Source: Felis catus (Eukaryota). From it: 64,000 bases of DNA. The notes beneath the pieces were generated by a model. The model ran no database searches. It saw only the letters and a program-made list of their open reading frames with translations, and was not told the origin of the DNA. Positions within the stretch are counted from its first letter, which is position 1; each line of letters begins with the position of its first letter. The stretch is from positions 22,942,001 to 23,006,000 of the forward strand of contig NC_058369.1 of NCBI RefSeq assembly GCF_018350175.1, read 5' to 3'. The position numbers and the translations under genes are program-made. Shown one piece after another: positions 1 through 12,975 of this stretch.

Positions 1-218
1 AAGGTCTCACTGAGCAGAGAGAGAACTCTGGTTAGGCTCTTCTGAACAGCAACAGCCACAACAGCAACAAAATATAGATGACGGGTCTTTGAGCTCTGCA
101 GGATTTGTTACTCAGGCCAAAGCTCTGCTTATTTCATTGTCATCCTTGGGCGTCTTTGGGAGTATGGTTAATATTAATATAATATTAATATTAATGCTGA
201 TCATAGTGATAGTGACCA

Positions 219-340
219 TCATTTATTGAGCACTGTCCTAGGCGTCTATACAAGCATTGTCTGGTTTAATCCTCAATAATTCTATGGGCTGGAGCTACTA
301 TAAAACGCATTTTACCAATGAGAAAGCAGACCAAGGAGTT
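219..340 (-). mobile_element. MIR SINE relic
   Basis: atttattgagcac...ttaatcctcaataa...cattttaccaatgagaaa resembles the reverse MIR consensus. Confidence 0.6.
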
Positions 341-1843
341 AACTGACCAAACCACACCAGCAGGATAGGAGGGAGTTGGTAATGGTGTTAATATTTTCAC
401 CACCTCTTTCATGCTTTGTTCTTATGGCAGTTCTTAGTCTATAAAATATGAATTCTGGCCTGTAATCCTGAGCCATCGGGCTTTCAATCCCCATCTCCTT
501 TGCTAAGATATCTGCCCCAGGAGGACAGAGACATTTGGCTATCACTGTGGTACCATCATCAACAATAACATATTGTATAGGTGTTCAGTACATATTTTTG
601 AATGAATGAATCACTCAGTGGACCAAAATCTACCAGACATATTGGTCTCATCACACGGTTAGTAGCAGCCCTGCCTCCTCAGATACAGTAGAGTTACTGC
701 CTCTCTGAGAAGCTGGTCACTGGCTATAGTCAGTGGGACACAGTGACTAAGTAGGGAACTGGCATAAATACATTACAAAGCCATGCTCCCTTTCTTTTCT
801 CTATTGCTTCCCTCCTCAAAGTCTTCCTGAGCCAATGACTACATAATTCCTTTTATCTTGAGGTTCATTCCCCAACCAACCTGGGTGGGATCCCAAAAGG
901 CATAGTGGCAATTCCAGAAATTATATAGCTCATGGGGTGCTTCTTGGCTACGTATCAATTTCCTGGTTCTCAAAGATTTAAGATGAGCCAACTGTTATTT
1001 CTCGGTGATTTAAAGTTCTTTGAACAGTTTCAAAATATCTGTGTGTACAAAAAATTATATACTGAAAAGTTGATTTATCCTAGGGGAGATAGTACCAGCT
1101 GAGACAGGGTTGCCTGGTGTTTGCCTCCAAAAACACATTTTGTTTTGAGATTGGGAAAGGAAGGGCTCAGTGGTCCAATTAGTTTGGTAAATGCTGCCTC
1201 TGCTGAGCCGGTTATGGAGATTCAAGATGCTATAAACAGATTAAAGGCCCACGGTATCCATCCCATGGCATAGTTTTACTTTTATTCATTCAACTCATGC
1301 TGACATCCCGGAGGACTTCTCATAGGACATCTTCATGTAACGCCTGTGTAAGGAAGAGCATGGTGACGTGGCATTTGGGAAATAAGTCCTATGGTCATAA
1401 CTGGCAATCTCAGGAAAATCTTTTGAACTCTGAGAGACTGGAGTCCCTGCTATGAGTTGAAAATTTTGACCCAAGTGCCAGGTTTGGGCAAGATGTCTCC
1501 TCGGTGCTCATCCAGTCCTGACTTGAGTCAAGTTATGACCTTTATTGTTCTACCTTAGGCCACTATGCCTAGAACTGTCTCAAGGTACTGTCTTAATCCC
1601 CACTCAATGTATGCCTCACATCCTGACCGGGAAAGGCCTGGGTCCCATGGTTCCTGCTGCCACCCAGGCTCCTTTCCTTTGTCAGAGACATTCTCTATGC
1701 ACAGCCATACCAGAATTCCTCCGGTTCCTTGAACTTGACGTGCTCTTTTCAATCTCAGGACCTTTGCACATTTCATTCTTTATGCCTGGGATATTCTTGT
1801 TCACCCTGTGGCCACCACTTTTGTTTTATGAGTCCTACCCATA

Positions 1844-2251
1844 TGTAGTGGGTTAAATAATATCTCCCTCCAAATTTATGTCCTCCTGGAGCCTCAGAAT
1901 GTGACCTTACTTGGAATTAAGGTCTTTGCAGATGTAAATAAGTAAGTTGGGATGAGATCACACTAAATTAGAGTAGACCCTAAATCCAGTATGACTGATA
2001 CCTTTATAAGAGGAGAGGACTGACACAGAGGGAAGACAGGGGCAGAGATTGGGGTGATGAAGCAACAAGTCAAGGATCACCAAAGATTGCTGGGAGCCAG
2101 CAGAAACTGAGAAGACACAAGGGAGGGGTCTTCCCTAGGCCCTGTCGACACCTTGATTTTAGACCTCTATCCTCCAGAACTGAGAGTTCTTTTCTGTTGA
2201 GCCACCCAATCTGTAGGACTTTTGTTATATCAGCTCTAGAAAACTAATATA
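1844..2251 (+). mobile_element. MaLR solo LTR (MLT1B/C-like)
   Basis: Starts tgtagtggg and contains gtgaccttacttggaa...gtctttgcagatgtaa. Ends aactaatata. Near-identical 5-bp flanks ccata/ccatc. Confidence 0.85.
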
Positions 2252-3023
2252 CCATCATTCTGCTCTCAATTTGAAGAAGATCCTTCTTCCCATTAGAGAT
2301 CGGAATCCCCTTTTGTACACTAATGTAGCCTCAGGCACTTCTCCTTTGTGACATCTCGGTTCCTGGGATTTCTTATCCTTTGCCAGCTTCCCTGCCCAGC
2401 ATGAGGCTTCCTGAGGGCAGGCAGGGGCCAGGCCTGTCCTTCCCAGTCAAGGCTCTGGGGTTGTCCCATCTGTTCCACTTTCCTTGGAATTATATCCTTT
2501 ATAAGGTTTTCCCAACAGACTCATTTCATGTCAACTTTTTCAAAAAGCACCTAGTAGGGCAGTGCTTGGAATTGGAAGCAGTTACAAGCCCACGTGCAGG
2601 TGCAGGGGAATGATCTCAGTCCAAAAGGAGAGCACTGAGTGTCATTAATCCCTTCCCCCCAGGTCCTAGCCTAAATGCTGGAACTGTAAAAAGAATTGCA
2701 CATTTTCTTGTCCCAGTGGGGCACACAGAGATGGGGCTGAGATGGGGAGGAAGGACAGCAAAGTGGGGAGGAGTGAAGCAGGATCAGACACAGTCCTTGT
2801 CTAAGAACAGTCACCACAATTTAATTTGAGAAATGAACATCCGCTGAAGGTCTACCATGGGTCAACACGTTATAAAATAATTATCTTTATTTGGGCTAAA
2901 ACCAACTCTTTGTGAAATTATTAAATTGGAACATTACCTGGCCTCATCATGGGTAGAATTTCAGTGTGTGTTAAGACCATTCTATCCTAACTATACTTGG
3001 CTTTACACAAAGCAGTGCATCCG

Positions 3024-3102
3024 TTTTATTTTATTTTATTTTATTTTATTTTATTTTATTTTATTTTATTTTATTTTATTTTATTTTATTTTATTTTATT
3101 TT
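3024..3102. repeat. (TTTTA)n pentanucleotide microsatellite grown from a SINE tail
   Basis: About 15 perfect ttatt units directly adjoining the poly-A end of a minus-strand SINE. Confidence 0.95.
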
Positions 3103-3319
3103 AAACGTTTATTTATTTATTTTGAGAGAGAGAGAGAGAGAGAGAGAGAGCATGTGCAAGCAGGAGAAAGGCACAGAGAGAGGGAGAGAGAACCCCAAGC
3201 AGGTTCTGCTCTGTCAGTGCAGAGCCCAATTCGGGGCTTGATCTCAGGAACCGTGAGATCATGACCTGTGCCAAAATCAAGAATCAAACACCCAACTTAC
3301 TGAGCCACCCAGGTGCCCT
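3103..3319 (-). mobile_element. Feline CAN-SINE
   Basis: Reverse strand shows a tRNA-like head (gggcacctgggtggctcag), a (CT)n segment and an A-rich tail. Confidence 0.92.
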
Positions 3320-4068
3320 TCCATTATATTTTAAATAAATTGTGTTCTGTCTCTTGGTGTGCAATATCATGTCAGTTTTACTTTACCTTCATTGCCTAAT
3401 GACCTTCAATTGGCAGGGGCTTCTCATACTTCTGTTTTCTGATTTGGTACAGGAAACTCTTTACATTAGGTCCATTTGTAGGTGGGACATGTAGGTACAG
3501 GAGAACAGAATAAAATGATTTTTGGGTAACAAACCATCTCATGGTTTTCTGAGTAATAATTTGGGAGTGTTATCTCAGACACATATTATTATTTCAGTGT
3601 GGTCCAGAAAGTTGGCCATCAGTAACTGGAAAGGAGACTCCCACTGCTACCATTTGAGTCAGGATTTCCTCCTGTGAAAATCAGTTTTCTCTTTTTATTT
3701 TCGTAACTCTAATGTCTGTATTTCAAATCCATTCCTGAGCAGCATTAATGGTTGAAAACAATGATTTGCTATCTTATTTTTAGGGAGCACTTTTCTTTTT
3801 AAATGAAATTTTATTCTTAAAAACCAAGTTGTAAATAGAGAATGTTAACCTTGGATGTGTCCCGACCAGTCTGCAAACCACAAGATGAAGGATATGGGAT
3901 CCTATCTTACACATGGGGAAAACTCCCCAGGCTTCAAAGCCTGAAATTCAAACTTTGTAATGCAGCATAATTAGGACCATTTTTTTCCCATTTCAGTTGT
4001 AGAAAACCAGGCCAGTATTCCTGATGGTAAATACAAGAGTGAGGGGAAGACAGGCCTGTGTATATTCT

Positions 4069-4270
4069 TTTTTTTTTTTTTAATGTTTATTTATTATTTT
4101 TGAGAGACAGAGCTTGAGCAGGGGAGGGGAGGGGTAGAGAGAGAGAGGGAAACACAGAATCTGAAGAGCTGTCAGCACAGAGCCCGACTGGGGGCTTGAA
4201 CTCACAAACCATGAGATCATGACCTGAGCCAAAGTTGAATGCTTAACCAACTGAGCAACCCAAGCGCCCC
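4069..4270 (-). mobile_element. Feline CAN-SINE with small internal deletion
   Basis: 17-bp TSD aggcctgtgt(at/aa)attct at 4052-4068 and 4271-4287, plus a T-tract. Confidence 0.93.
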
Positions 4271-4732
4271 AGGCCTGTGTAAATTCTAAGATGGAAATGT
4301 ATCGAGCTCCTACCTGCCATGCTACACACATTGCGTTACCTGGACCCAGAGACATGGCCTGACTCTGCCCCGAAGTCTATGAGTGATGCTGCCAGGTTCA
4401 ACAACTTGCTGGACAGTGAGAAATGACCTTGGCTAATTTCATCATTAGCCACGGGAAGGGGCTGGAGTCCTGTCCTTCCCTGAGAGACAAACGTTACTGA
4501 AGATGTCCCCACTCTCCAGCAGGCCTTAAAGCAACTGAGCTAAGGCCATGTTTGCTATAGTGTTCTAGCCCTGAAGCACCTTCCCTGAGCCGGTGATGGA
4601 GCATGTGATGAGCTGGTCATTGCATGTGATTTTTCACCCTGTCTGTTCAATCAGCAAAGCAGAGCAGCCTTGAAATGCTATGAATAAATATTTGGAGTTC
4701 CTGGGTTTCTCATAACTCTATTTTTCTTCTAG

Positions 4733-4793
4733 GGATTAAATGGGAACCAGATGAGAATGGAGTCATTGCCTTTGACTGCAGGAACCGAAAATG
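4733..4793 (+). CDS. CACNA2D3: CACNA2D3 internal coding exon (61 bp; probably exon 7)
   Basis: Polypyrimidine tract plus AG at 4731-4732 and GTAGGA donor at 4794. Translates (G)[19 protein letters not shown](W), matching the recalled alpha2delta-3 sequence just before the VWA domain. Phase is compatible with the next exon (TG|G = Trp). Confidence 0.96.
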
Positions 4794-4885
4794 GTAGGAA
4801 ATGGTCAAACCTCTTAGTTACTTTTTAAAGAGAACTTGTGGAGAGGTTCATAATTCATTTTTTGCTTAATTTTCCCCTGACCTAG

Positions 4886-5036
4886 GTACATCCAAGCAGC
4901 GACTTCTCCGAAAGACGTGGTCATTTTAGTGGACGTCAGTGGCAGCATGAAAGGGCTCCGTCTGACTATTGCAAAGCAAACCGTCTCATCTATTCTGGAT
5001 ACGCTGGGGGATGATGACTTTTTCAACATAATTGCT
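4886..5036 (+). CDS. CACNA2D3: CACNA2D3 internal coding exon (151 bp; probably exon 8), VWA domain start with MIDAS DVSGS
   Basis: cctag acceptor ends at 4885 and GTGAGT donor starts at 5037. Translates [50 protein letters not shown]. Residues fit alpha2delta-3 rather than alpha2delta-4 as I recall it (KQTVSSIL vs KHTITTIL). Confidence 0.97.
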
Positions 5037-6687
5037 GTGAGTGCAGCTGTTTTGTGCTTTCTCTGCGCTTTGGGTTCATTTGATCTTTTAGCAGCAACCG
5101 GTTCACATTCTCATTGCTTTTGTACACACAACATTAGAAGTCCTTCCCGAGATGAGGACCAGTTAGCCCCATGTGAGCTCCCTGAATCACAATGTTGGAA
5201 TGGCTTTCAGAGTCTGGGAAAGCAGTCGAGCACATTTCCTCTCCTCACCTCGCACTCAGGCACTGCCATCTGGAAGAGTAGCACCAGATTTGGTTTTCCT
5301 GGGGAGCCAACCTTTTCAGAACCTTGGGGAATTAAGTCTTGCAAGATATTCCTCAGACGGCTAGTGGAGATTAACTTTAAGCTGGTTTGGTCTGAAGACC
5401 ATGATAGGAATACTAATCATGATGACAAAACAACTATGCTGTAGAGAGCTGTTTAAGGCTCACAGAACCCTTTGACTCAGCTTCATAAACAAAAGTGCGT
5501 TTATTAAGTGCATACTGAATGCCGTTCGCTTACCCTTCATATTTGCATGGTCTTTTGTTCCTCACGGCAATTTTAGCACGGTTTTTGCGTTTTCTCCGAT
5601 GAGGCTGCTGGGGTTGCGAAGGTCAGTGACTTGCCCAAGGTTATAGAATGGGGAGGTGGGAGACCCGGGACCCAAACAGGATAGTAATAACATGCTTCCT
5701 GGAAAGGGGCAATGGCTTCTGAATTCCATCTCCAGCTCTTTTTCCTCTTCTCCCCAGTTCTCTGGTGTGAGTCTCATCACGCACCTTATGTCCCTCCTAC
5801 TCTTTTTCCAAAAACTATAGCCACAACAAGCCTGCTTCTTTTCCCTGAGTACTTTACCAGGAGCTCCTGCCTGGTAGTCACCTGTGCTTTGCCGCACCAC
5901 CTCTGCCTAGGACACTGAGTGGCTGCAAAAGGCAGTCAAGGCAGCGTGGTGTGGTGAACAGAGTGTGTGCTTTGGGGTTGGGGCTTAGTTTTGAATAGTT
6001 CTGTCCCATACAGCAAGCTGCACATCTTGAGGCAAACTGTCAGCTGAAGCTTGAGTAATCATATTACCTGCAGAGTTGCTGCCAGGACTACCTGAGCTGG
6101 GGCACAGGAGCCCCCCCCCCAATGGCAGGACATGAAAGAAGGGGTGTTGTTTGAAGAGTAGTGCAGACAGGCTCCAAGCATGCCCTTGCTGTGGTCTGTG
6201 TGGCTTCCCCAGGCTCCTGAGCAGATGTGTCATCATGGGATCCTGTATCTAGGCAGCCTTCTGCATGGGCACAGAGCCTACTTTTATTGGCGAGGCAGAG
6301 GGCACGGGTGTTTAAATGGCACTTAAATGGCTCGAATTAGTGTCCTGCCCGCATGCTTCTGATGAGACTGAGCAGGAAGGCACAACTGTGGGCCACCATG
6401 ATTTGTAGCTTCAGATTTTTAAAAGCCCTAAAGAAGAAAAGGAAGAGAAGGAGAACAATAGATTCCATGGGAGCAGGGGTTAGGCTTGTTTATTTATTCA
6501 ACTATACCCAGTGCCCGAGACAGTGCCTGGCAAATAGTGAGAGTGTAAATACTGCTGAAAGGATAATCCCTGCAGCTGCCTCGCCCACCTTATGCCAGCC
6601 CTCATGAGTGTCTCATGTGGGGGATCTCATGGGATCTTCGCCCCAGCTCTGGGCACAGAGGAACCGACAGGTAGAAGCTACCATCTA

Positions 6688-6948
6688 GGGGTGCCTGGGC
6701 AGCTCGGTCGGTTAATGTTCAACTCTTGATTTTGGCTCAGGTCATGATCTCATGGTTCATGAGTTTGAGCCCCATGTTGGGCTCTGTGCTGTCAGCATGG
6801 AGCCCGCTTAGGATTCTCTGTTTCCCTCTCTCTCTGCCCCTCGCCCCCCCCCCCTCTCTCTCTCTCTCTCTTTCTCTCTCTCTGCCCATCCCCCACTGCC
6901 CGCAGGCTCTCTCTTTCTTAAAATAAGTTAATAATAAGAATAATAAAA
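6688..6948 (+). mobile_element. Feline CAN-SINE
   Basis: ggggtgcctggg head, (CT)n segment and A tail. TSD agaagctaccatcta / agaagataccagcta. Confidence 0.92.
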
Positions 6949-7974
6949 AGAAGATACCAGCTAGAGGTCACACAGCCAGAAAAAGTGGCCCAGTAAAAAC
7001 TCAGAAACTGTCTGGCTTTACCTCATCCTGCTTCCTGAGCAGAAGTGAAGAGATCATAGTTGAGTGACTCAAACATCTTGCTGTGAAATTCTATGGCCCC
7101 AGGGCACAGTTCTTTAAGGAAACTTTCAGACAGAACTTCGGGTTTCTAAATTCAGAAAAGCTACTCTAGTTACCAGTCTCATTGTGAATATGCAAATGTA
7201 GCCTGATCCCCACACATCCTGAAGCATTTACAGATAAGAAGCAGCTAATTTGGGACTATCTTTCTTATTAATCTTTAATTACTCATTACAGAAGTATCAG
7301 AAATTAGCATAATAAGAAGTGCTAACTAATTACATTGTGGATCCTTTATCAGTCAGGATTTATTGTTCTGTTAACAAAACCAATCGATTGAAATAATCTC
7401 TGTAAGTTCATTAAGATATACAAACAGTGTCAACCCAATAATGAAGACGGAGTGATTAAGATAATTAAAAGCAGACATGCTAGTTATTATAGAATAGTTA
7501 AGGAAGAAAATTAATTAATTTTTTTTTACCCCAAATTGTCCCCTTATATAAAGAAACCCGTTAGAGGTCCCATTAACCCTCACTGTACATCTGCTTGTAA
7601 GTTTTCAACATAAATGATCAACTTCAAGACCATTTACATAATTATTTGGACGATTAGGAAGATACTCTGAACTTTTTTATTTGAAGCCTCGATAGTAAAA
7701 TTGTGAAGGCTGTCCCCCTAAGGGGTAAGAGAATGGATCAAATTCTTTAGTGAATTTATGTTAAAAGCCCCAGGGTGAGAAAAGGAACCACTAATTAACA
7801 GTGACTTTTACATGTTGATTGTTTTATTACAGGCAACTTATGTAAAAATTTTAAACAATCAGAAAAGTTGCTATTCTCTTGCTGTTTGCCACATATTTCA
7901 AGTTTTTCCAAGTATATGAACATATGTAATTTTTCCCCAGCAGTAGAATCCTGTTTTCCAGAGTACTCAGCAAC

Positions 7975-8215
7975 TTGCTTCTATGCTTTTATTGCAAGCA
8001 AGTGTATTTGAAGAGCAGAGCATTTCATCACCCTGTAGTTGACATTAATTATTTAACCAGTCCCCCTTTGCTGGACATCATGCTGTTCTGGGTCTCTTTT
8101 CTGCTCGAGAGTGCTGCAGAGAACGGACTTGGGCATGTATTCTTGCAGGGTTGGGTGTGCTTCTATCGAATAATATCTGGAGGTGGAATTGCTGCACCAA
8201 GATGCATGCATATAC
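7975..8215 (-). mobile_element. Ancient L1 3' fragment
   Basis: atttaaccagtcccct...ggacat...ggtggaattgctg resembles the reverse of an old L1M ORF2 end/3' region. Confidence 0.5.
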
Positions 8216-8278
8216 TTAGGTATTACGAGAATGTCCACTAAGTAGGGTCTTATAATGGTTACACACTTAGAAACTGCA

Positions 8279-8725
8279 CAGGCATACCTTGGAGATATGA
8301 CGGGTTTGGGTCCAGACCACTGTGGTAAAGTGAATATCGCGATAAAACGAGGCAAATTTTTGGTTCCCCAGTGCATATAAAAGTTATGTTTACATGACAG
8401 TGTAGTCTGTAAGTATGCAATAGCATTGGGTCTAAAAAACAATGTATGTGCCTTAATTTAAAAATACTTCATTGCTAAAAAAATGCTAACCATCATCTGA
8501 GCTTTCATTGATGATCCCAGATCACCATAACAAATATAATAATAATAAAGTTTGAAATAGTGCGAGAATTACCAAAATGTGACAGACAGATACAAAGTTA
8601 GCAAATGCTATTGGAAAAATGGTGCCCACAGATTTGCCCTGCAGAAAGTTGCTACAAACCTTCAGAAAGTAACCTTGTGAAAAAAACGCAGACTCTGGGA
8701 AGCACAATAAAACAAGGTATGCCTT
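8279..8725 (+). mobile_element. Tigger1-derived MITE (TcMar-Tigger)
   Basis: TIRs CAGGCATACCTTG and CAAGGTATGCCT(T), followed by TA. The interior matches the recalled Tigger1 ends joined across an internal deletion. Confidence 0.88.
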
Positions 8726-9095
8726 TAGTACTCAGCTCCATCCGCTGTAACAAAATACCATAATGTGGGTAGCTTACACAACAGAAATTTATTTTCTCAC
8801 GGTTGTACAGGCTGGAAAGTCAAATATCAAGGTCCAGTAGGGTTTGGTTTCTGTGAGGCTTCCCTTCCTGGCTCGTTGACAGCCATTCACCTTCTCACGG
8901 TGTATGTTCCCGGAGAGAGAGAGAAAGAGGGAGCCAGCTCTATCCTGTCTCCTCTCACGCAGGTGCCAGTTACGAAGCCCCATCCTCATGACCTCACCTA
9001 GCCCTAATCCCCTCCCAAGGCCCCATCTCCACATTGTGGGTTAAGGCTTCAACATGAAACTGTGGGGAGGGCGCACAAACATTCAGTCCATGACG
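8726..9095 (-). mobile_element. MaLR solo LTR (MLT1A-like)
   Basis: gctgtaacaaaatacca...cagaaatttattttctcac...ggcttcaacatgaa...aaacattcagtccat. Confidence 0.82.
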
Positions 9096-10655
9096 CCAAC
9101 ATTTTGAGAGTTCTAAATAGTGGATTTGTAATTGGCAAACGTCCATGTTCATTCCCTTGAATTGTCTCTCTCAATCCTAAATATGTTTCACCAATGTTGC
9201 CTTGCCACATCATGGTGGTGTTCTTTTCCTCCATTACCTTCGGTTTCTACGCTGGTAAAATTGCTCGAGTAAGATGGTGTATGTAGGTTTTTCAGTCCGT
9301 TGAGAATGGTTACTTGCCTCCGCCTAGAGGGAGACCCTACTGCAGATTCTTGTACGTGCAGGACGATGGGAGGTTTGAAACTCCATCCAGAATGCCCCGC
9401 AAATCTGTTTGAGTGCCCTGTTCTTGTCGGCTGGAGTCCATTTATGGGAGAGGACATGATCATTTCACCTTTCATTACACTGTCCACTTTCTCCTGCTCG
9501 TTGGGTAGATGTTTGAGGAGACATTTCAGAGTTTCAGAGAGAAGTAAAGAATACACTCTTGTTTTACAGTGTTGGAAGCCCATGTGCACCCTAGGTATTT
9601 GTTTATACAGATCTACTTCATCGTTGCCCCTTGGTTTTCAGTGCCTTAATAAGGGAAGGGGGGAGAAGATGTAAATAGTAAGAGTCTTTCCTTGGCTGTT
9701 TCAGTCCTGTGTGCACGTGTGCATGTTTGTATTAAGCTCATTGGCTAAATGCATCTTATATATTATACTGAAAAGCTTCCAATTCAGGTCTTTCCAGAGA
9801 GTAAATGTGAAACGATAATGTTAGAAACTGTTTTAGCTTTCACGGACAGGGTATTGCAAAATCTAAGACTGATGAACTAAATGGGTAAATTATAAAAGAA
9901 TAGAAGAAATAAGAGAGTGATTTTGTGCAGCCAAAGTTAAAATTTAAGGTCAAACCACTGGTGCATGAAGAGAGATGTCACTGACAAGAGAAAAGGCATA
10001 TTTTTCTGATTTGCTTTGAAGTCTAACTACAAGCCATGCATTAAATTAACAATATTATCATAAAAATGAGGGTGCTAATTCTGTCCGATGCTGAAATTTG
10101 AAAAATGGTTTTACAGAAGCCTAAGCCATGCATTAAACGAACACAGTATTAACTGGACTGATATTGTTAAATCAATTTAAATGCTTCCTGCAGCCTGTGT
10201 TTGTGCCGAGTTGAATAGAGAAGAGCACCATTTGTTAGTTCAACCCAGAACTTTCTGGTGCCCTGGTTTTAATTTGCAGAATTTTCTTTAGAACCGTTCC
10301 TCCAGCGCTTTGTCTGCTACGGATTTACTCTTTAAAGTAATCGATTCCGTATTAAAAGTATGAGGCTGGTATTTTCTTTCAGTGCTCATTTGTTCTGTAC
10401 TACTAATTACGTCCAGTTGTGTTTCAAATTACACAGGAAGCTCCTCTAATGCAGAAGATCCCTGGGATGGCTGTACTGCTGAAAATACTGTGGGCTCATC
10501 TGCTTCATCACATAAACCCTACACATTTTCATTCGAAAGGTTATTTAATCAAAAGCGCGCCCAATAAAACCGTATAAATATTTAATGGAGTTCCAGCAAT
10601 TCTGCATCAGTTTCTTGCCCTGCATGAGCATGCCAGCCTTGTAATTCTGTGGTTT

Positions 10656-10656
<1 letters not shown>

Positions 10657-10694
<38 letters not shown>
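10657..10694. repeat. (GT)19 microsatellite
   Basis: Read directly from the sequence. Confidence 0.95.
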
Positions 10695-10696
<2 letters not shown>

Positions 10697-12789
10697 CTTA
10701 GGATTCTCTAAAATGTACCCACTTACTTCATTTAATTTTTATCTGTTTTTTGAAAGGGATAGAGATTCTCTTTTTTTGTTGTTTTTTGTTGTTTCTTCTG
10801 TGTCAGTTCCGCCCCCCCCCCCCCCCAGGTTTGTGCCTCTCCTTTTCCCTCCGTAATCTTCTCTATATCTTTGCCTTTCATCTCTTTGTTCTGATTATTT
10901 ATTCTTTCAACAAATACTATTGAGTGCTAAGAGTGAAGTGTTAAGTACTAAGGCTGCCTTTGCAACTAAAGAAGACAGGCTGTGGACCTTGAGGTTTTGT
11001 GTGTGTGAGTGTTGGGTATGGAGAGAGACATCCAGGAAGCAGGTGCTCAGGGCAGAGTCGGGGCAGTGTGATCTTTGAGGGTGCAGTGAGGGGCTCTAGG
11101 AGCGCACAGAGCTGGGCAGGCTGGGGACTCAGTGATGGTGTCTTAGAAAAAGTGATGACTAAGGGAACAATAAGGTAAGGGGCTTCTGCAGGAGATGGGA
11201 TAGGCGGGGAGAATGCACAGGTGAGGAGGAAGTTGCTCTTTGCAGGAGGTAGGTAGTCACTCCTCTCCAACCCCCAGGAAGTACGGGCCTGAAGGGCTGG
11301 GCCTGGTGGGAACACCTGAAAGGAGCTTATTTTCTGGACGCATTGGAAGGGGGGTGGGGAATGTGGGAGGTGGAGTTGGTGGCTGGGGTGAGGGCTGGGG
11401 GGCGGTTGATGATAAAAAGAACGGGGCTGGATTGAGAGAGGCAGGCCAGACCAACCCACACAAAGAACTGGAACTCTACCTGGAGGCAGCGGAGGACGTG
11501 GAGGGTCAGCTGCAGAGTGATGTATAGGGACATCCCCCTAAAGTTTCCCCCTTCTTGATTAGGTCTCCCCTCATCCTCTTTTTTAGGCAGTTAATGGTCT
11601 TCTTCTGTTAGGCCTGGAAGCTCCATTGCTTTCATCCTCCAGCCCAGCTTCCGGCACGAAGTAGGGTTGAGCTCTCAATATCATCCAGAGCCCAGAGTCA
11701 GCTGGTTTTCACTCCTGGGCTCTAGGCTTCGATTTCCGTGAGCCAACATGTGGCACGATCCTACACCAGTGCCAAAACTTGTGTGAGCCTTGGTGGGCGA
11801 GCCCGGCCCACTTAACTCTTTATTTTTAGATCCTTCTCCAGCACATTCCGGCCATTCATTTAATGAAACCTAAACCTCGCCTTTCCTATTTCAGATCATT
11901 AAACTTCCCATTGAGGATTTTGCTGTGTCTTTAAAATGACAGAGGTGACGAATGCCTACAGGGATTGTGCAGAAGGAAGGAAAAGGCAGGTGGTGACGTG
12001 TCCTCACTGTCAGAGCCCAGAGTTGTGTGGTTGGCCTGGGAGGAAGGGAGGAACAGTTCCCGAGAGGAGAGAAGAGTGGGTGGTAGTCTAATCCCTGAAG
12101 AAGACCACGGGTTTACATCAAGCCTGGTTTTGTTTTTTGGATGGACCATGGCAGCATCATAGATATGCACTTTTTATCATGAAAGGAGAAACAGTATCTT
12201 CCAAAGCAATATCTTTGGATGTAATGAGCATATTCTTTAATGGATACAAGTAGGAAAAAGTGGCTCATGAGAACTCTGCAATGATGTTCACGTGCAAGTT
12301 TAGTCAGTGTTTTATGTTTTATGGCACCTAGCAGGTTAGTTACTATTCAGTGAACAAACAAAGGAACAAAGGGCCCGGTGGCAGATGCCTTCCTGGGAGG
12401 GGATTTGGCAGTAAGCCGGCTGCACTGTCTTGACTCCATGTCTGCCACAGACCCCCGTCACTGAGAGGGTTCAGAGTGTGGCATGGAGTGGGACAGTGTG
12501 CAGCCGTGCACCGTGGTGGTTTCCATCTTGAGTATTTAGACAGTCACGTGGGCCTATGGCCGCAGCACTTCTGTCCAACGAACGCAGCGCCTCACTCTCC
12601 AGGGGAGGTCGGGGCCTGTGACCCCTGTCCTCAACACCCCCTTCCTACTCAGCAAATGTCAGCTCCAGTTGGAGGCCACATCTATTGGTCTTTCTCTCTC
12701 GTAGCACACATGACACTCACGTATATATTTTCTTGGTTCCTTGTGCTTGTGCATCCAGATGCTGTCTTCCTCTTTCTTATATGCTGAGT

Positions 12790-12975
12790 TCTGTGTTGAC
12801 TCTTCACCCACTTACCTCTTTTCATCCTCACAGTGAGTTCACGGAGGGAAATCCAGTTACAATTCCCATTTCCCCAACACAAATACTGAGACTCAGAGAG
12901 CTGAGAAGCCTTGGCCAAGGTCACCCGGCTGGTGTGTGGCAGAGCCAGGATTTGAACTCGGGGCTGTCTGCCTCT
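12790..12975 (-). mobile_element. MIR SINE
   Basis: MIR core: actgagactcagagag...ggccaaggtcac...ggcagagccaggatttgaactc. Confidence 0.8.

Noticed and set aside
4917..5444. 175-aa ORF as a standalone gene
   Set aside because: Only the first 40 aa are exon. The rest is read-through past the GTGAGT donor at 5037.
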